Below, piece after piece: positions 63,517 to 64,000 of a stretch of DNA of 64,000 nt. Positions within the stretch are counted from its first letter, which is position 1. Every line of letters begins with the position of its first letter. Under the pieces are notes generated by a model. That model had not been told where the DNA came from. It did no database searches and was given only the letters and a program-made list of their open reading frames with translations. Location of the stretch: positions 23,002,001 to 23,066,000 of the forward strand of contig OX638149.1 in the NCBI GenBank assembly GCA_951804945.1, written 5' to 3'. Source of the DNA: Podarcis cretensis (taxonomy: Eukaryota). Position numbers and translations under genes: made by a program.

Positions 63517-64000
63517 ACCAGAGTGGATAGTACTTGGTTAATAGACTGGCCTAATGGTCAGGAACTCATATAGGGAGGTCACACTGGTGAAAAAGAGGAA
63601 GCACATCCTCTAAAAAGTGAGCCCTTATTTGTATAAAATGCACATATGCATAAATGCAAATTTTAAAACAGTTACCATAATTTAAATAGAAATGCAATAC
63701 ATCTCACTATAGAGGGGAACGTTGTGACCAGGTGACTTATGTGCCAGCTCAATGTGCTGTCTAGTGCTATTGATGGGGCAACTTCCATTTGGTTCTTGGG
63801 TTACCAATTCAGAAGAGAATGCATATAAAGGAATTACTGGTTTCTCATGTGCGAAGTTGCCCACTAACTATCAGTCAAAGTAGCTTCTGGCCAGACCCAT
63901 CCGTTGCTGACAATTGCATAAAGAAGTGGTGTGCTTCTGCTTTCTAAATCAAAACTTCTAACTAAACCTAAAGCTGTGCTTTATGCATGCACACATGTTC

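Noticed and set aside
39906-64000. Next ITPK1 exon (expected PIEEQGPLDVIIHKLTD-like)
   Set aside because: Not found by eye or in the ORF track. It is probably beyond the window, though a short exon could have been missed; tBLASTn with ITPK1 would decide.

Overview
Vertebrate genomic DNA, almost certainly from a squamate and probably a lacertid lizard (inferred from Sauria SINEs with the ACCTTT tail, Bov-B, CR1 and L2 repeats). It holds the 5' part of one gene, ITPK1 (inositol-tetrakisphosphate 1-kinase), on the + strand: a CpG island (~5.6-6.9 kb), a first coding exon (6795-6889), a ~33 kb intron, a 25-nt second coding exon (39881-39905) and the start of the next intron. I did not find the next exon in the window. 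The rest is upstream or intronic DNA rich in transposable elements. The most unusual items are: (1) a complete 1.73-kb, apparently non-coding L1-type retroelement with an 18-bp TSD; (2) short SINEs in which three different tRNA heads (Lys, Asn, Ile) are fused to the same CR1 tail; (3) a candidate 98-nt intron that would add 16 aa to the ITPK1 N-terminus, next to several uORFs; (4) two DNA-transposon-like elements whose duplicated right ends enclose an L2 tail; (5) two candidate solo LTRs. No CRISPR, rRNA, functional tRNA or prokaryote-type system is supported. Repeat family names come from remembered consensus sequences, not from a database search.
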